The notes beneath the pieces are model-generated. The model saw nothing but the letters and a program-made list of their open reading frames with translations, searched no databases and was not told where the DNA came from. From Gemmatimonadales bacterium (GTDB taxonomy: Bacteria; Gemmatimonadota; Gemmatimonadetes; Gemmatimonadales; GWC2-71-9): a stretch of DNA of 64,000 nt. The translations under genes were made by a program, and so were the position numbers. Below are positions 9,038 through 19,923 of the stretch, one piece after another; the stretch's first letter is position 1; every line of letters begins with the position of its first letter. The stretch lies in contig OZ252244.1 in assembly GCA_965249575.1 (NCBI GenBank), positions 3,008,001-3,072,000 of the forward strand, in the 5' to 3' direction.

Positions 9038-10063
9038 GTGAGCAATCTCGATCTTCTTGGCCGGCCCCTCGGCAGCCTCCGCGTCTCCGTGACCGACCGG
9101 TGCAACCTCCGGTGTCAGTACTGCATGCCGGAGGATGAGTACGTTTGGCTCCCCCGCGCGTCCATTCTCAGTTTCGAGGAAATCGCCCGGCTTGCCGGCA
9201 TCTTCACGGCACTTGGGGTAACCAAGGTCCGGTTAACGGGGGGCGAGCCCCTGCTGCGGCAGGACGTGTCCCGGCTGGTGGAGCAGCTTGCCGCGATCCC
9301 CGACGCGTCGGACCTCGCCATGACGACTAACGGCATTCTCTTGGGCCGGTACGCCGACGATCTCAGGCGGGCGGGCCTGGGGCGCATCACGGTGAGCCTG
9401 GATACGCTGCGTCCCGATCGCTTCGTGCAGCTCACGCGGGCGGCGCGGCACGACGACGTGATCAACGGGATTGGAGCCGCCCGAACCGCCGGCTTCTCGG
9501 GGCTCAAGATCAACTCCGTGGTGGTCCGCGGATACAACGACGACGAGCTGATCGACTTGATCGAGTTCGGGCGAGAGCAGTCGGCGGAGATCCGTTTCAT
9601 CGAATACATGGATGTCGGCGGGGCAACGCGGTGGTCGATGGCGAGCGTGTTCCCTCGGGACGAGATCCTTGCTGCGCTGGCCGCGCGGTATGGTGGGGTC
9701 GAGCCCGTGGACGGTCCCACAACGGCGGCGCCGGCGCAGCGTTTTGCCTTGCCCGACGGAACGACCTTCGGTATCATCGCGTCCACCACGGCTCCGTTTT
9801 GCCGAACGTGCGACCGGAGCCGCCTTACCGCCGACGGGATCTGGTTCCTGTGCCTGTACGCCGAACGCGGGGTGGACCTGAGGGGGCCGATCCGGGACGG
9901 TGCGTCCGACGAGGCCCTGACGGGCCTCCTGTTGAATGCCTGGCGGGCGCGCGCGGATCGCGGCGCCGAGGAACGGGTGGGCATCGCTTCAAGGGGGGCG
10001 TTGCACCATATCGACAGCCTGCGCTTGGATCCACACCAGGAAATGCACACGCGCGGGGGGTGA
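9038..10063 (+). CDS. moaA: GTP 3',8-cyclase MoaA
   Basis: LRVSVTDRCNLRCQYCMP radical-SAM motif, RLTGGEP, FCRTCDRSRLTADG...CL and a C-terminal GG. Confidence 0.96.
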   Translation: MSNLDLLGRPLGSLRVSVTDRCNLRCQYCMPEDEYVWLPRASILSFEEIARLAGIFTALGVTKVRLTGGEPLLRQDVSRLVEQLAAIPDASDLAMTTNGILLGRYADDLRRAGLGRITVSLDTLRPDRFVQLTRAARHDDVINGIGAARTAGFSGLKINSVVVRGYNDDELIDLIEFGREQSAEIRFIEYMDVGGATRWSMASVFPRDEILAALAARYGGVEPVDGPTTAAPAQRFALPDGTTFGIIASTTAPFCRTCDRSRLTADGIWFLCLYAERGVDLRGPIRDGASDEALTGLLLNAWRARADRGAEERVGIASRGALHHIDSLRLDPHQEMHTRGG

Positions 10064-10128
10064 ACCCCACCCCATGCGCCTCCATACGTGACCGCACGAT
10101 TCCCGACCGCCCACGGAGGCCCGCTGCC

Positions 10129-11267
10129 ATGATGCCCGCCTCGCTCGCCCCGCCTACCTCACCCATCGTTTGGTGTGCTGTCGGCTTGCTCGTAGTGGGA
10201 TGTGGCAGCAAGGGGCCGCCGCCCGATTACGCGCCGGCGCCCGACCTCGTTAGTCGGATTCGCGAAGTCCAGATCTCCACCAACCAGCTCCGGGTTTGCC
10301 CGGGAGAGGTGGTATCTGTCGCGTACGATGCGGTACTGGATGATGGGTCCAGAGTCCCGTTCTCGCGGCGATACAGCCGCGACAACCCACCTCGGCTACA
10401 CGTCCTCTTCCTGGGGCGGTCAAGTCCCGAGGCCATCCCGCTGGAGGGAGGGGATTGGCGCGCCGACCCGGATCCTCACCTCAGCGCCATGCACGGCTTT
10501 CGGTTGAACGCGTTCCTGCGCGCCAAACCGGCCGCAAACGGCCAAGTCGTCGTCGAGCCCGAGTACTCCTGCATGCCGAACGAGTTCTCGTTCGAGGGGG
10601 AGCGGGGTCGGGCGGGCCAGTCCGGGGGGAGCGGTCCGGACGTGACCATCCGGGTCGGTGTATTGCGCTCGCCGTTCTACGAGCGGTTGCTCGTGGTGGG
10701 CCTCGACGTGGGAGCGGCGCGGCTGCCATACGTGTTTGCCGATCCCGAACGGATACCTCTCGCCGACTGGCTCCGAATCGAATCCCGAGGAGGCCGCGGA
10801 GGGCGCGGTGTCCGGGGGAGGGACGGCACCGCTGGGTCTGACGGGCAGGCCGGCTGCCCCGGGTCTCCCGGGGGGGCTGGTGGGGCGGGCGGTAACGGGG
10901 GGCCGGGGGGTGCCGGTGGACGAGGGGGCAGGACTACCGTCGTGGTGCCCGAGGACGAGCCCTTGCTTGCGGGCCTGATCGAAGCGGGGAGCCCCTCGGC
11001 GGCCGAGGTGGCCCGGGCGGGAAGGCCGGTGCAGAGGGGGGGCCTGGCGGAGAGGGCGGTCCCGCACAGGGCCGGCCGGGGCAGCAGTGCGTGAAAGGGG
11101 CGGATGGCTCGCAGGGATCGGAGGGGAGTGCAGGGCCCAACGGGTCGAGAGGTGTCAGGGGGCCGCGGCCGCAGGTGCTCACCGTCCCGCAAGGCGAGGT
11201 GTTTGGCGCCCGTCTGCCGAGAGAGCTGGACGCGCTCATCGAGTACTCGGAGAGTGCGCAGCCCTGA
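10129..11267 (+). CDS. Lipoprotein with collagen-like Gly-X-Y repeats (frameshift at ~10993)
   Basis: Lipobox LVVGC; GRGGRGVRGRDGTAGSDGQAG... triplets continue in the -1 frame (LGGRGGPGGKAG...GADGSQGSEGSAGPNG) to TGA 11265-11267. Confidence 0.7.
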
Positions 11268-11360
11268 GCCGTCCGAGTCGGCCCGCGCCACGGTCTCGGT
11301 GGCAGCGAGCTCCCACTCGACATCAGTGTAGGCTTGACACCCCACAGAGGGAGCTGGTCC

Positions 11361-12524
11361 GTGAACGTCAGCGTGCCAAAGGAGATCGTCCCCGGCGAGC
11401 ACCGCGTAGCCCTGGTGCCCGACGTTGCAGGGAAGCTCGGGCGCGAGGGTGTGTCCGTACGCCTAGAAGCCGGTGCCGGAACGCCGGCGGGATTCCCGGA
11501 CGATCTGTATGCGGCCGCGGGCGTGGAGGTCCAGACCGATACCTCGGCGCTCTGGGGCAGCGCGGACGCCATCCTGAAGATCCACCGGCCGATCCAGAAT
11601 GCGGATCTCGGGAAGAACGAAGTGGAGCTCATGCGAAAGGGGGCGATCCTGATCGCGGTCTTTCAGCCCCTGGTGAATCACGACGTCGTGCGCTCGCTCG
11701 CTCGACACAACGTCACGAGTTTCAGCCTGGACCTACTCCCGAGGATCACGCGAGCACAACCAATGGATGTGCTGTCGGCGATGAGCACGGTGGCAGGTTA
11801 CAAGGCGGTGCTTATGGGCGCCGGGGCGCTCGGCAAATTCTTTCCGATGCTGGTGACCGCGGCCGGGACGCTGGTCCCGGCGCGGGTCCTCGTTCTGGGA
11901 GCCGGCGTAGCCGGCCTCCAGGCGATCGCGACCGCCCGTCGGCTGGGAGCCCTCGTGCAGGCGTTCGACGTCCGGCCGGCGGCGAGGGAACAGGTCGAGA
12001 GCCTTGGGGCGCGGTTCCTCGCGCCGGAGGAGGTGTCGGACGAGGGCGAGGGGGCTGGCGGGTACGCCAAGCAGCTCTCGCAGGAACAGCACCGCCGGGA
12101 GCTCGAGCTGATCGCAAAGAGCATCAAAGACGTGGACGTCGTGGTGACCACCGCGCTGATCCCGGGGAAACCGGCACCCACGCTCATAACGCGCGACATG
12201 GTGGAATCGATGCGGCCGGGATCTGTGGTAGTCGACCTTGCGGCGGAGGCGGGGGGCAACTGCGAGCTGAGCCGCGCTGGAGAGACCGTCGCGGCCCACG
12301 GTGTCCAGATCCTGGCTCCGGTCAACATTCCCGCCACCCTGCCGCTTCACGCGAGTCAAATGTACTCCCGGAACATCTCCACGTTCTTGAAGCACTTGTT
12401 GAAGGACGGCGAGGTGGTCCTCGACTTCGACGATGAAATCACACGCGACACCTGCGTGACCCACGAAGGCCGCATTCGGAGCGAAGCCGTCGCGAAAGCC
12501 ATGGAGGGGGGGGACAGGACATGA
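11361..12524 (+). CDS. pntA: NAD(P) transhydrogenase subunit alpha, part 1 (dI)
   Basis: VPKEIVPGEHRVALVP, RITRAQPMDVLSAM, GAGVAGLQAIATA, GGYAK and DLAAEAGGNCE motifs. Confidence 0.95.
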   Translation: MNVSVPKEIVPGEHRVALVPDVAGKLGREGVSVRLEAGAGTPAGFPDDLYAAAGVEVQTDTSALWGSADAILKIHRPIQNADLGKNEVELMRKGAILIAVFQPLVNHDVVRSLARHNVTSFSLDLLPRITRAQPMDVLSAMSTVAGYKAVLMGAGALGKFFPMLVTAAGTLVPARVLVLGAGVAGLQAIATARRLGALVQAFDVRPAAREQVESLGARFLAPEEVSDEGEGAGGYAKQLSQEQHRRELELIAKSIKDVDVVVTTALIPGKPAPTLITRDMVESMRPGSVVVDLAAEAGGNCELSRAGETVAAHGVQILAPVNIPATLPLHASQMYSRNISTFLKHLLKDGEVVLDFDDEITRDTCVTHEGRIRSEAVAKAMEGGDRT

Positions 12525-12817
12525 TCGAAGGGTTGGTGTCGCTCTTGGTCATCTTCGTGCTCGCGATGTTCGTCGGGTTCGAAGTGATCACCAAGGTCCC
12601 GCCCACGCTCCACACGCCTCTCATGTCGGGCTCGAATGCGATCTCGGGGGTGACCATCCTCGGGGCGATCGTCGTAGCCGGCAGGGGGGACGAGCGGCTC
12701 GCCAGCATACTAGGGCTGGCGGCTGTGATCTTCGCCATGATCAACGTCGTGGGCGGGTTCCTGGTCACCGACCGGATGCTGAGGATGTTCAAGCGCAAGC
12801 CGGGGGATCGGAGGTGA
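12521..12817 (+). CDS. pntA: NAD(P) transhydrogenase subunit alpha, part 2 (membrane)
   Basis: VPPTLHTPLMSGSNAISG and NVVGGFLVTDRMLRMF motifs. Confidence 0.95.
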   Translation: MIEGLVSLLVIFVLAMFVGFEVITKVPPTLHTPLMSGSNAISGVTILGAIVVAGRGDERLASILGLAAVIFAMINVVGGFLVTDRMLRMFKRKPGDRR

Positions 12818-14214
12818 TCGACGCCCTCATCCGGCTTTCGTATCTGCTGGCCGCCGTGCTGTTCATTCTGGGGCTCAAGCGTCTCAGCTCCCCCGCCACG
12901 GCCAGGGGGGGAAACCGCCTCGCGGCCACCGGGATGCTCATCGCCATCGTGGCCACCCTGGTCGATCGACAAATCCTCTCGTTCGAGCTGATCGTCATCG
13001 GGATCGTCGTGGGATCGGCGATCGGCGCCGTCATGGCGCGCACCGTCAAGATGACGTCGATGCCGCAGATGGTGGCCCTGTTGAATGGCTTCGGCGGCGG
13101 CGCCTCCGGCCTCGTCGTCGCGGCTGAATACCAGCGGAATCTCGGAAGTGCCGTGCCGATCCCGCTGAACGTGGGCATCAGCATTCAGCTGAGCATGCTG
13201 ATCGGCGCGGTCACACTCTCGGGCAGCGTCGTTGCGTTCGCCAAGCTCCAGGACCTGGTCACGGGCAGGGCGGTGACGTATCCGCTGCAGAAGACCGTGA
13301 ACGCCCTTCTGCTGGCGGGACTCCTCGGTTTGCTGGTGTGGCTCGTCGCGTCGCCTCCTCACTCGGCCGGCTTCGCGGCCCTCGTGGTCCTGGCCCTCAT
13401 CCTCGGCGTGCTATCGGTGATCCCGATCGGCGGGGCCGACATGCCGGTCGTGATCTCGCTCCTCAACTCCTACTCCGGGCTCGCGGCCTCGATGACCGGG
13501 TTCGCGATCAATAACCACGGTCTGGTCATCAGCGGTGCGCTCGTGGGCGCGTCGGGAATCATCCTCACGCAGATCATGTGTAAGGGGATGAACCGTTCCC
13601 TGACCAACGTGCTCTTTGGCGCTTTCGGTTCGGGAGCGGGCGCCGCGGCTCTCGGGCCGGCGCGGAGCGCCGAGGGCAAGCAGGCGCGGCAGATTTCCGT
13701 CGAGGACGCGGCAATGCTCCTGGCCTATGCCCGTCAGGTCGTCGTCGTGCCCGGATACGGGCTCGCCGTGGCCCAGGCACAGCATGTCGTGAGGGAGTTG
13801 GGCGAGCTGATCGAAGCCCGCGGCGGTGCCGTGAAGTACGCAATCCATCCGGTCGCCGGCCGCATGCCGGGGCACATGAACGTCTTGTTGGCCGAGGCGG
13901 ACGTGCCATATCCACAGCTCTTCGACATGGATCAGATCAATCCCGAGTTCGAGCGCACGGACGTCGCGTTGGTGATCGGCGCCAACGACGTGGTCAACCC
14001 CGCGGCTCGCAGCGCTCCTGACAGCCCGCTGTACGGGATGCCGATCCTGAACGCCGACAAGGCGCAGAATATCATCGTCCTCAAGCGCAGCATGAATCCG
14101 GGTTTCGCCGGCATTGAGAACGATCTCTTCTACGACCCGAAAACCTCGATGCTGTTTGGCGACGCCAAGCAATCGCTCACCAAGCTGGTGGCTGAGGTGG
14201 GGGAAGCGGATTAG
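12814..14214 (+). CDS. pntB: NAD(P) transhydrogenase subunit beta
   Basis: MTSMPQMVALLNGFGG, GGADMPVVISLLNSYSG, PGYGLAVAQAQH, HPVAGRMPGHMNVLLAEA and GANDVVNPAA motifs. Confidence 0.96.
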   Translation: MIDALIRLSYLLAAVLFILGLKRLSSPATARGGNRLAATGMLIAIVATLVDRQILSFELIVIGIVVGSAIGAVMARTVKMTSMPQMVALLNGFGGGASGLVVAAEYQRNLGSAVPIPLNVGISIQLSMLIGAVTLSGSVVAFAKLQDLVTGRAVTYPLQKTVNALLLAGLLGLLVWLVASPPHSAGFAALVVLALILGVLSVIPIGGADMPVVISLLNSYSGLAASMTGFAINNHGLVISGALVGASGIILTQIMCKGMNRSLTNVLFGAFGSGAGAAALGPARSAEGKQARQISVEDAAMLLAYARQVVVVPGYGLAVAQAQHVVRELGELIEARGGAVKYAIHPVAGRMPGHMNVLLAEADVPYPQLFDMDQINPEFERTDVALVIGANDVVNPAARSAPDSPLYGMPILNADKAQNIIVLKRSMNPGFAGIENDLFYDPKTSMLFGDAKQSLTKLVAEVGEAD

Positions 14215-14252
14215 GAGGTAGGGGTCGGGCCGAGGGTGCGAGCCGCTCCGGC

Positions 14253-14663
14253 TCACGCATCGTTCGAATCGACGGACCCACGCTGTTTCTTGAGCTCACC
14301 TCGGCGCCGTTTCTCCTGTAACCTCGCCCTCTTGGCCGCGGCGGACGGCTTGGTCTTCTTGCGCGGCTTGGGCATTTTGAGCGCCCGATGTACCAGTGCG
14401 TGCAGCCGCTCCACCGCGGCCTCTCGATTCTGGTGCTGGCTGCGGCGCTCCCCGGCCGAGACGCGAAGTATCCCCGCCGAGTCGATCCGAGACCGCAACT
14501 TTTCGAGCAGTCGCGTTCGCTGGCGCTCCGAGAGTGCGGGACTTCCGGCCACGTCCCAGAGAACCTCGACTTTCGTGGAGGTCTTGTTGACGTGTTGCCC
14601 GCCCGCCCCTCCGGCCCTGCTGGTGCGGAACCTCAGCTCGTCTTCCGGGATTCGTAAGGGCAT
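14253..14663 (-). CDS. arfB: Alternative ribosome rescue peptidyl-tRNA hydrolase ArfB (YaeJ)
   Basis: RAGGAGGQHVNKTSTKV (GGQ motif), RSQHQNRE and a basic C-terminal tail RKKTKPS...RLQEKRRRGELK. Confidence 0.95.
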   Translation of the reverse strand: MPLRIPEDELRFRTSRAGGAGGQHVNKTSTKVEVLWDVAGSPALSERQRTRLLEKLRSRIDSAGILRVSAGERRSQHQNREAAVERLHALVHRALKMPKPRKKTKPSAAAKRARLQEKRRRGELKKQRGSVDSNDA

Positions 14664-14760
14664 GAGGAAAAGATAGTGTCGGGCCTTGGCGTACATGCGC
14701 GCTGGCGGCCCTCATGCCGCCAGCCCACTTTTGATCACCTTGTATGAGCATGGAGGACGC

Positions 14761-15963
14761 GTGAGCGCTTCGCCGGCGTCGATAGGCGGGTCGGAACGGT
14801 CGAGCACTGGTGCAGCGCCTCTGGCCCTGATGTTGTCTGGGGGCGGGGCGCGGGCCGCCTATCAGGTGGGTGTGCTCGCGGCGATCGCGGAGATGGTGCC
14901 GGACCTCGATCTGCCCATTCTGACCGGCGTTTCCGCCGGCGCGATCAATACGGCGTACCTCGCGGCGCACGGTGGAACGCTCAAGCAGGCGGTGGGCGGA
15001 CTCCAAGAGCAATGGGCCGGTTTGACGGCCGATCAGGTCTATTGCGTTCGCGCTCCGGGTGTTCTCCGGGGCTTGAGGCGCTGGGTCTGGCGTCATGTGT
15101 TCCGAGGATCGAACGAGCAGGCCTCCATACGCGGCCTCATGGATCTCCGGCCGTTGCGAACATTCCTGTCGGGGTGCATCGACTTCGACAACATCGAGAC
15201 CAAGGTGCGGTCCGGGCGCCTGCGGGCCGTGGCGTTGAGCACGACCTCCTATGCGTCGGGCTCCACCGTCACGTTCGTGCACGCCGCTCCCGAGATCGCC
15301 ACGTGGGAACGGGCACAGCGAATTGCCGTTCGCGCCCGCATCGAGATCGATCATGTCATGGCTTCGTCCGCCATTCCGATCGCCTTTCCAGCGGTACGGC
15401 TGGAGGACGGGTTTTACGGTGACGGAAGCATTCGGCAGGCGGCGCCCTTAGCGCCCGCCATTCATCTCGGTGCCGGGCGAGTGCTCGCGATCGCGATGCG
15501 TGCACAGCGGCCGAGCCGCCGCCCGGTTCGCCCCGTTTCGGAATACCCGTCGGCCGCGGAGGTCATCGGCCTGTTGTTCCATACGGTCTTCCTCGACGCG
15601 CTCGATGCCGACGTCGAGCGGCTCGAACGCATCAACGCCCTCCTCCGGACCCTCAGCCCAGGGTGCGTGGTTCCGAACCAGCTTCGTGTGGTGGATTTGC
15701 TCGTTCTGAGACCGTCGAGAGACCTCGGCGCCCTGGCAGCGGGCCGCTCGGGATCTCTGCCAGCTAGGGTGCGATGGGTGGTGAGAGCGATGGGGGGAGG
15801 GCGCGAGGGGGCGGCGGATTTCCTGAGCTACTTACTGTTCGAGCCACATTACACGGATCTGCTGGTGGAGCTTGGACACGCGGACGCCCGTGCGCAGTGG
15901 GACCGGATCGAGCCGTTCCTGGCGGGCGACAGCAAGGCCGCCGCGTATCCGGGGCGTCCCTGA
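14761..15963 (+). CDS. Patatin-like phospholipase
   Basis: LSGGGARAAYQVG, GVSAG and YGDG motifs; GGAGG upstream of GTG 14761. Confidence 0.9.
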   Translation: MSASPASIGGSERSSTGAAPLALMLSGGGARAAYQVGVLAAIAEMVPDLDLPILTGVSAGAINTAYLAAHGGTLKQAVGGLQEQWAGLTADQVYCVRAPGVLRGLRRWVWRHVFRGSNEQASIRGLMDLRPLRTFLSGCIDFDNIETKVRSGRLRAVALSTTSYASGSTVTFVHAAPEIATWERAQRIAVRARIEIDHVMASSAIPIAFPAVRLEDGFYGDGSIRQAAPLAPAIHLGAGRVLAIAMRAQRPSRRPVRPVSEYPSAAEVIGLLFHTVFLDALDADVERLERINALLRTLSPGCVVPNQLRVVDLLVLRPSRDLGALAAGRSGSLPARVRWVVRAMGGGREGAADFLSYLLFEPHYTDLLVELGHADARAQWDRIEPFLAGDSKAAAYPGRP

Positions 15964-15977
15964 TTAGCAGAGCGTAA

Positions 15978-18752
15978 TCAGGCCTTCGCGAGTTGCCGCA
16001 GGACGTAGGGCAGGATACCGCCGTGGCGGTAATACTCGAGATCCACGGGCGTGTCGAGCCGCACCAGCGCGGCAAAGTCGATCATGGATCCGTCGTCTCG
16101 GCGAGCGGTGATCTCGACCTTCCCCGCCGGCGCCAGTCCTTTGGCGATACCGGTCACGCTGAACGACTCCCGCCCAGTCAGCCCGTAGCTCGACAGATCC
16201 GCGCCGGTTTCGAACTGGAGTGGCAAGACACCCATACCGACCAGGTTGCTTCGGTGGATGCGCTCGTATGTCTGCGCGATCACCGCTCGCACACCCAGTA
16301 GCGCCGTGCCCTTTGCCGCCCAGTCCCGCGAGCTGCCGGTGCCGTATTCCTTCCCCGCGATCACGATGAGCGGCGTGCTTTCGCTCCGGTACCGCTCGGC
16401 CGCTTCGTAAATGCTCGTGACGTCGCCGGACGGGATGTGAACGGTCCAGTTTCCTTCTCTTCCTTCGACGAGTTGGTTCTTGATTCTGATGTTGCCGAAG
16501 GTGCCGCGGATCATGACGTCGTGATGGCCACGGCGCGAGCCGAACGTGTTGAAGTCGACCGGCTTGACGTTCTGCCCGACCAGCCACCTCCCGGCCGGGC
16601 TGTCCTTGGGAATCGCGCCCGCGGGAGAGATGTGGTCGGTCGTGACGGTATCGCCGAGCCGCGCGAGCACGCGGGCATCCGCGATGTCCTGGACCGCGCG
16701 CGGCGTCGCCTCGAGGTCGGTGAGAAACGGTGGTTTCGCCACGTAGGTCGACTCGGGGTTCCACGCGAAGCGCCCGCCGGCCGCTTCCGGGATGGGGAGC
16801 CGTTTCCACGCATCGTCACCGTCGAAGACCGAGGCGTACTGGCGCTCGAAAATCTCTGGCTTGAGTGACGCCGCCATGGCGGCGTTGATCTCTTCCGGTT
16901 TGGGCCAGATGTCCTTGAGGTAGACCGGCTGCCCGTCTTTTCCGGATCCCAATGGTTCCCGCATCAGATCGATGTCGATCCGTCCCGCCAGCGCGAAGGC
17001 GACGACGAGCATCGGCGAGGCGAGATAATTCGCCCGTACCTGCGGATGGATCCGCGCCTCGAAGTTCCGGTTTCCCGAGAGCACCGCGACGGTGACCAGC
17101 TCGTGCTCGGCGACCGCTTGGGCGATGGCCTCCGCGAGCGGTCCGCTGTTGCCGATGCACGTCGTGCATCCGTAACCCACGACGTGGAACCCGAGCGACT
17201 CGAGATCGGTCAGCAGGCCGGCATCGGTCAAGTAGTCCGTCACCACCCGCGAGCCCGGCGCCAGGCTCGTCTTGACCCACGGCTTTCGGGTCAGGCCCCG
17301 CCGGACGGCGTTTCTGGCGACGAGACCGGCCCCGATCATGACGGAAGGATTCGAGGTGTTCGTGCAGCTGGTGATGGCCGCGATCACCACCGACCCGTCC
17401 GACAGCTGAAAGCGGCTGCCCTCGTAATCGACGTCGGCACTGGTGGTGACCTCGGGCGCGGCAACGGCCGCGGTCGTGGGCGACTGACCGCCCTCGTCCG
17501 CCCACTTCGCGCCGGCGGCCTCACCCACGTTTCGACGAGAGCCGTCGGGAACGAGATTTGGGAGAACCTGGCGGAACGAGTCCTTGACGTCGGTTAGCGC
17601 GACGCGATCCTGCGGCCGGCGCGGTCCCGCCAGCGAGGGAACCACCGCGCCGAGGTCGAGGTTCACAGTGTCGCTGTGCTCTGGGTCGGGGGCCCCCTCG
17701 ACATGGAACAGGTGTTGTTCCTTGCAATACCGCTCCACCCGTTGAACGAGCTCGGCCGGCCGGCCGGTGCGTTCGAGGTAACGGAGCGTTTCGCCGTCGA
17801 CCGGGAAGAAACCGATCGTGGCCCCATATTCCGGCGACATGTTGGCGATCGTCGCCCGGTCGGCGAGGCCCAGCGTCGACAGTCCTGGCCCGAAGAACTC
17901 CACGAACTTGCCCACCACGCCGTGCTTCCGCAGGACCTGCGTGACCGCGAGAACGAGGTCGGTGGCGGTGGCGCCCTCCGGCAGCCGGCCCGACAGCCGC
18001 ATGCCGATCACCTCGGGGAGCTGCATGAAGTACGGCTGGCCCAGCATGACCGCTTCGGCCTCGATACCGCCCACTCCCCAACCGACCACCCCGAGACCGT
18101 TGATCATGGTGGTGTGCGAGTCCGTCCCAACGAGCGTGTCGGGAAACGCGAACGCTTCACCGTTGCCGTCCGTTCGGCGGACGACGTCCGCCAGGTACTC
18201 CAGGTTCACCTGGTGCACGATCCCGGTGCCCGGCGGCACCACGCTGAAGTTGCGGAAGGCCTGTTGTGCCCAACGCAGCAACGCGTAACGCTCCCCGTTC
18301 CGCTCCATCTCGCGCTCGACATTGAGGCGGAAGGCAGTGGGGCCGCCGAAGAAATCGACTTGCACCGAGTGATCGATGACGAGGTCGGTGCGTACCAACG
18401 GGTTGATGCGGTCGGGATCTCCTCCCAGGTGCACCATGGCGTCGCGCATTGCGGCCAGGTCGACCACCGCAGGCACGCCGGTGAAGTCCTGAAGCACGAC
18501 ACGGCCGGGCATGAAGGGGATTTCGACGCTCCGGTCGGGCTCGGGGCGCCAGCGTGCGACCGCCTCGACGTGCTCCGATCGAGCGCTCCCCGTCGACGCA
18601 TGGCGGAGCACGTTCTCGAGCAGCACCCGAATCGAGTAAGGCAGGCGATCGACAGACGTCAGTCCCCGTTTCTCGAGGGCGTCGAGCCGAAAGACCGTTG
18701 CTTTGCCGTCGGAAAAGTCCAGCGTCGCGCGACTACCGAATGGATCGGTCAT
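15978..18752 (-). CDS. acnA: Aconitate hydratase A
   Basis: LQDFTGVPAVVDLAAMR, DHSVQVD, GTDSHT, AITSCTNTSNP, GYGCTTCIGNSG, TTDHISPAG and GSSRDWAAKG motifs. Confidence 0.97.
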   Translation of the reverse strand: MTDPFGSRATLDFSDGKATVFRLDALEKRGLTSVDRLPYSIRVLLENVLRHASTGSARSEHVEAVARWRPEPDRSVEIPFMPGRVVLQDFTGVPAVVDLAAMRDAMVHLGGDPDRINPLVRTDLVIDHSVQVDFFGGPTAFRLNVEREMERNGERYALLRWAQQAFRNFSVVPPGTGIVHQVNLEYLADVVRRTDGNGEAFAFPDTLVGTDSHTTMINGLGVVGWGVGGIEAEAVMLGQPYFMQLPEVIGMRLSGRLPEGATATDLVLAVTQVLRKHGVVGKFVEFFGPGLSTLGLADRATIANMSPEYGATIGFFPVDGETLRYLERTGRPAELVQRVERYCKEQHLFHVEGAPDPEHSDTVNLDLGAVVPSLAGPRRPQDRVALTDVKDSFRQVLPNLVPDGSRRNVGEAAGAKWADEGGQSPTTAAVAAPEVTTSADVDYEGSRFQLSDGSVVIAAITSCTNTSNPSVMIGAGLVARNAVRRGLTRKPWVKTSLAPGSRVVTDYLTDAGLLTDLESLGFHVVGYGCTTCIGNSGPLAEAIAQAVAEHELVTVAVLSGNRNFEARIHPQVRANYLASPMLVVAFALAGRIDIDLMREPLGSGKDGQPVYLKDIWPKPEEINAAMAASLKPEIFERQYASVFDGDDAWKRLPIPEAAGGRFAWNPESTYVAKPPFLTDLEATPRAVQDIADARVLARLGDTVTTDHISPAGAIPKDSPAGRWLVGQNVKPVDFNTFGSRRGHHDVMIRGTFGNIRIKNQLVEGREGNWTVHIPSGDVTSIYEAAERYRSESTPLIVIAGKEYGTGSSRDWAAKGTALLGVRAVIAQTYERIHRSNLVGMGVLPLQFETGADLSSYGLTGRESFSVTGIAKGLAPAGKVEITARRDDGSMIDFAALVRLDTPVDLEYYRHGGILPYVLRQLAKA

Positions 18753-18912
18753 GAGACGTAACATAAGCCGTCGGTCTGTCTCATGGTATTCAGGTAGCCG
18801 GGGAAATGGGGTGACGGGCTGCCCGTCCCGAAGTACCTTGCTTGCGGCCCGGTCGCGGACCACCACTGGTGGACCAATCCACCACCCAGGATGGAACCTG
18901 GAGGCCGAGCGG

Positions 18913-19887
18913 ATGAGAGTGCTGGCGGGGGATGTAGGTGGCACGAACGCGCGGCTCGCGGTCGTCGACGTCGACGGGGGCACCGCGACCATCGAGCGCG
19001 AGGAGCGGTTTCCCAGCCGCGACTATCCGGGTCTCGCCCCAATCGTCAAGAGCTTCTTACCGACTCAACAGGAGAGGCCTGAGCGCGCATGCTTCGGCGT
19101 CGCCTGTCCGGTCGTCGAACAGCGCTGTACGGCGCCCAACCTGCCGTGGACCATTGACGCCCGGAGCATCGCGGCGGAGATCGAGACCGCGACCAGCATC
19201 ATCAACGACTTCGATGCCATCGGGCACGGCTTGAGGCTCCTCGGGAGCGACGACGTGGTGGTGCTGCAAGAGGGGAAGCAGGATCCCAAGGGGCAGATCG
19301 CGCTGCTCGGTGCGGGCACGGGGCTCGGCCAGGGATTCCTCGTCTGGAACGGCTCACGCCACCTCGTGTGCTCGTCAGAGGGGGGCCACATTGACTTCGC
19401 CCCCCGTAACCAGCAGGAGTACCGGCTCCACGAGTACTTGGCGGATCGATATGGGCGCGTATCCTACGAGCGCGTGCTCTCGGGGCCAGGCATCTTGGAC
19501 ACATACCGCTTCTTGGTCGCTTCGGGATTTGCCGAGGAGCGGCCTGAGGTGGCAGCCGAGATGCAGGAGGAGGACCCGTCCGCGGTCATCACCGAGCATG
19601 GTCTTGCCGGTACGGATCAACTCTGTGTGAAGACCCTCGACATCTTCGCCGGGGTGTTTGGGGCCCAGGCGGGCAACGTGGCGCTGGCGCTCGTGGCGAC
19701 CGGTGGGGTCTTCCTGGCGGGCGGGATCGCGCCCAAGATTCTGCCCAAGTTGCGGGACGGAAAATTCGTCGCGGCCTTTCGCGATAAAGGCCGATTATCG
19801 AACTTTCTGGCGAAAGTTGCCGTTAATGTGATAACGAGTCCGAAGGTTGGGTTGCTCGGGGCAGCGGCGGCGGCCGCCGGCGAGTAA
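18913..19887 (+). CDS. glk: Glucokinase
   Basis: LAGDVGGTNARL, INDFDA, GAGTGLG, SEGGH and GGVFLAGGIAPKI motifs. Confidence 0.95.
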   Translation: MRVLAGDVGGTNARLAVVDVDGGTATIEREERFPSRDYPGLAPIVKSFLPTQQERPERACFGVACPVVEQRCTAPNLPWTIDARSIAAEIETATSIINDFDAIGHGLRLLGSDDVVVLQEGKQDPKGQIALLGAGTGLGQGFLVWNGSRHLVCSSEGGHIDFAPRNQQEYRLHEYLADRYGRVSYERVLSGPGILDTYRFLVASGFAEERPEVAAEMQEEDPSAVITEHGLAGTDQLCVKTLDIFAGVFGAQAGNVALALVATGGVFLAGGIAPKILPKLRDGKFVAAFRDKGRLSNFLAKVAVNVITSPKVGLLGAAAAAAGE

Positions 19888-19923
19888 TCGGCCGCCCCCG
19901 CAATTCTCGGAGATCGTTTTAAC

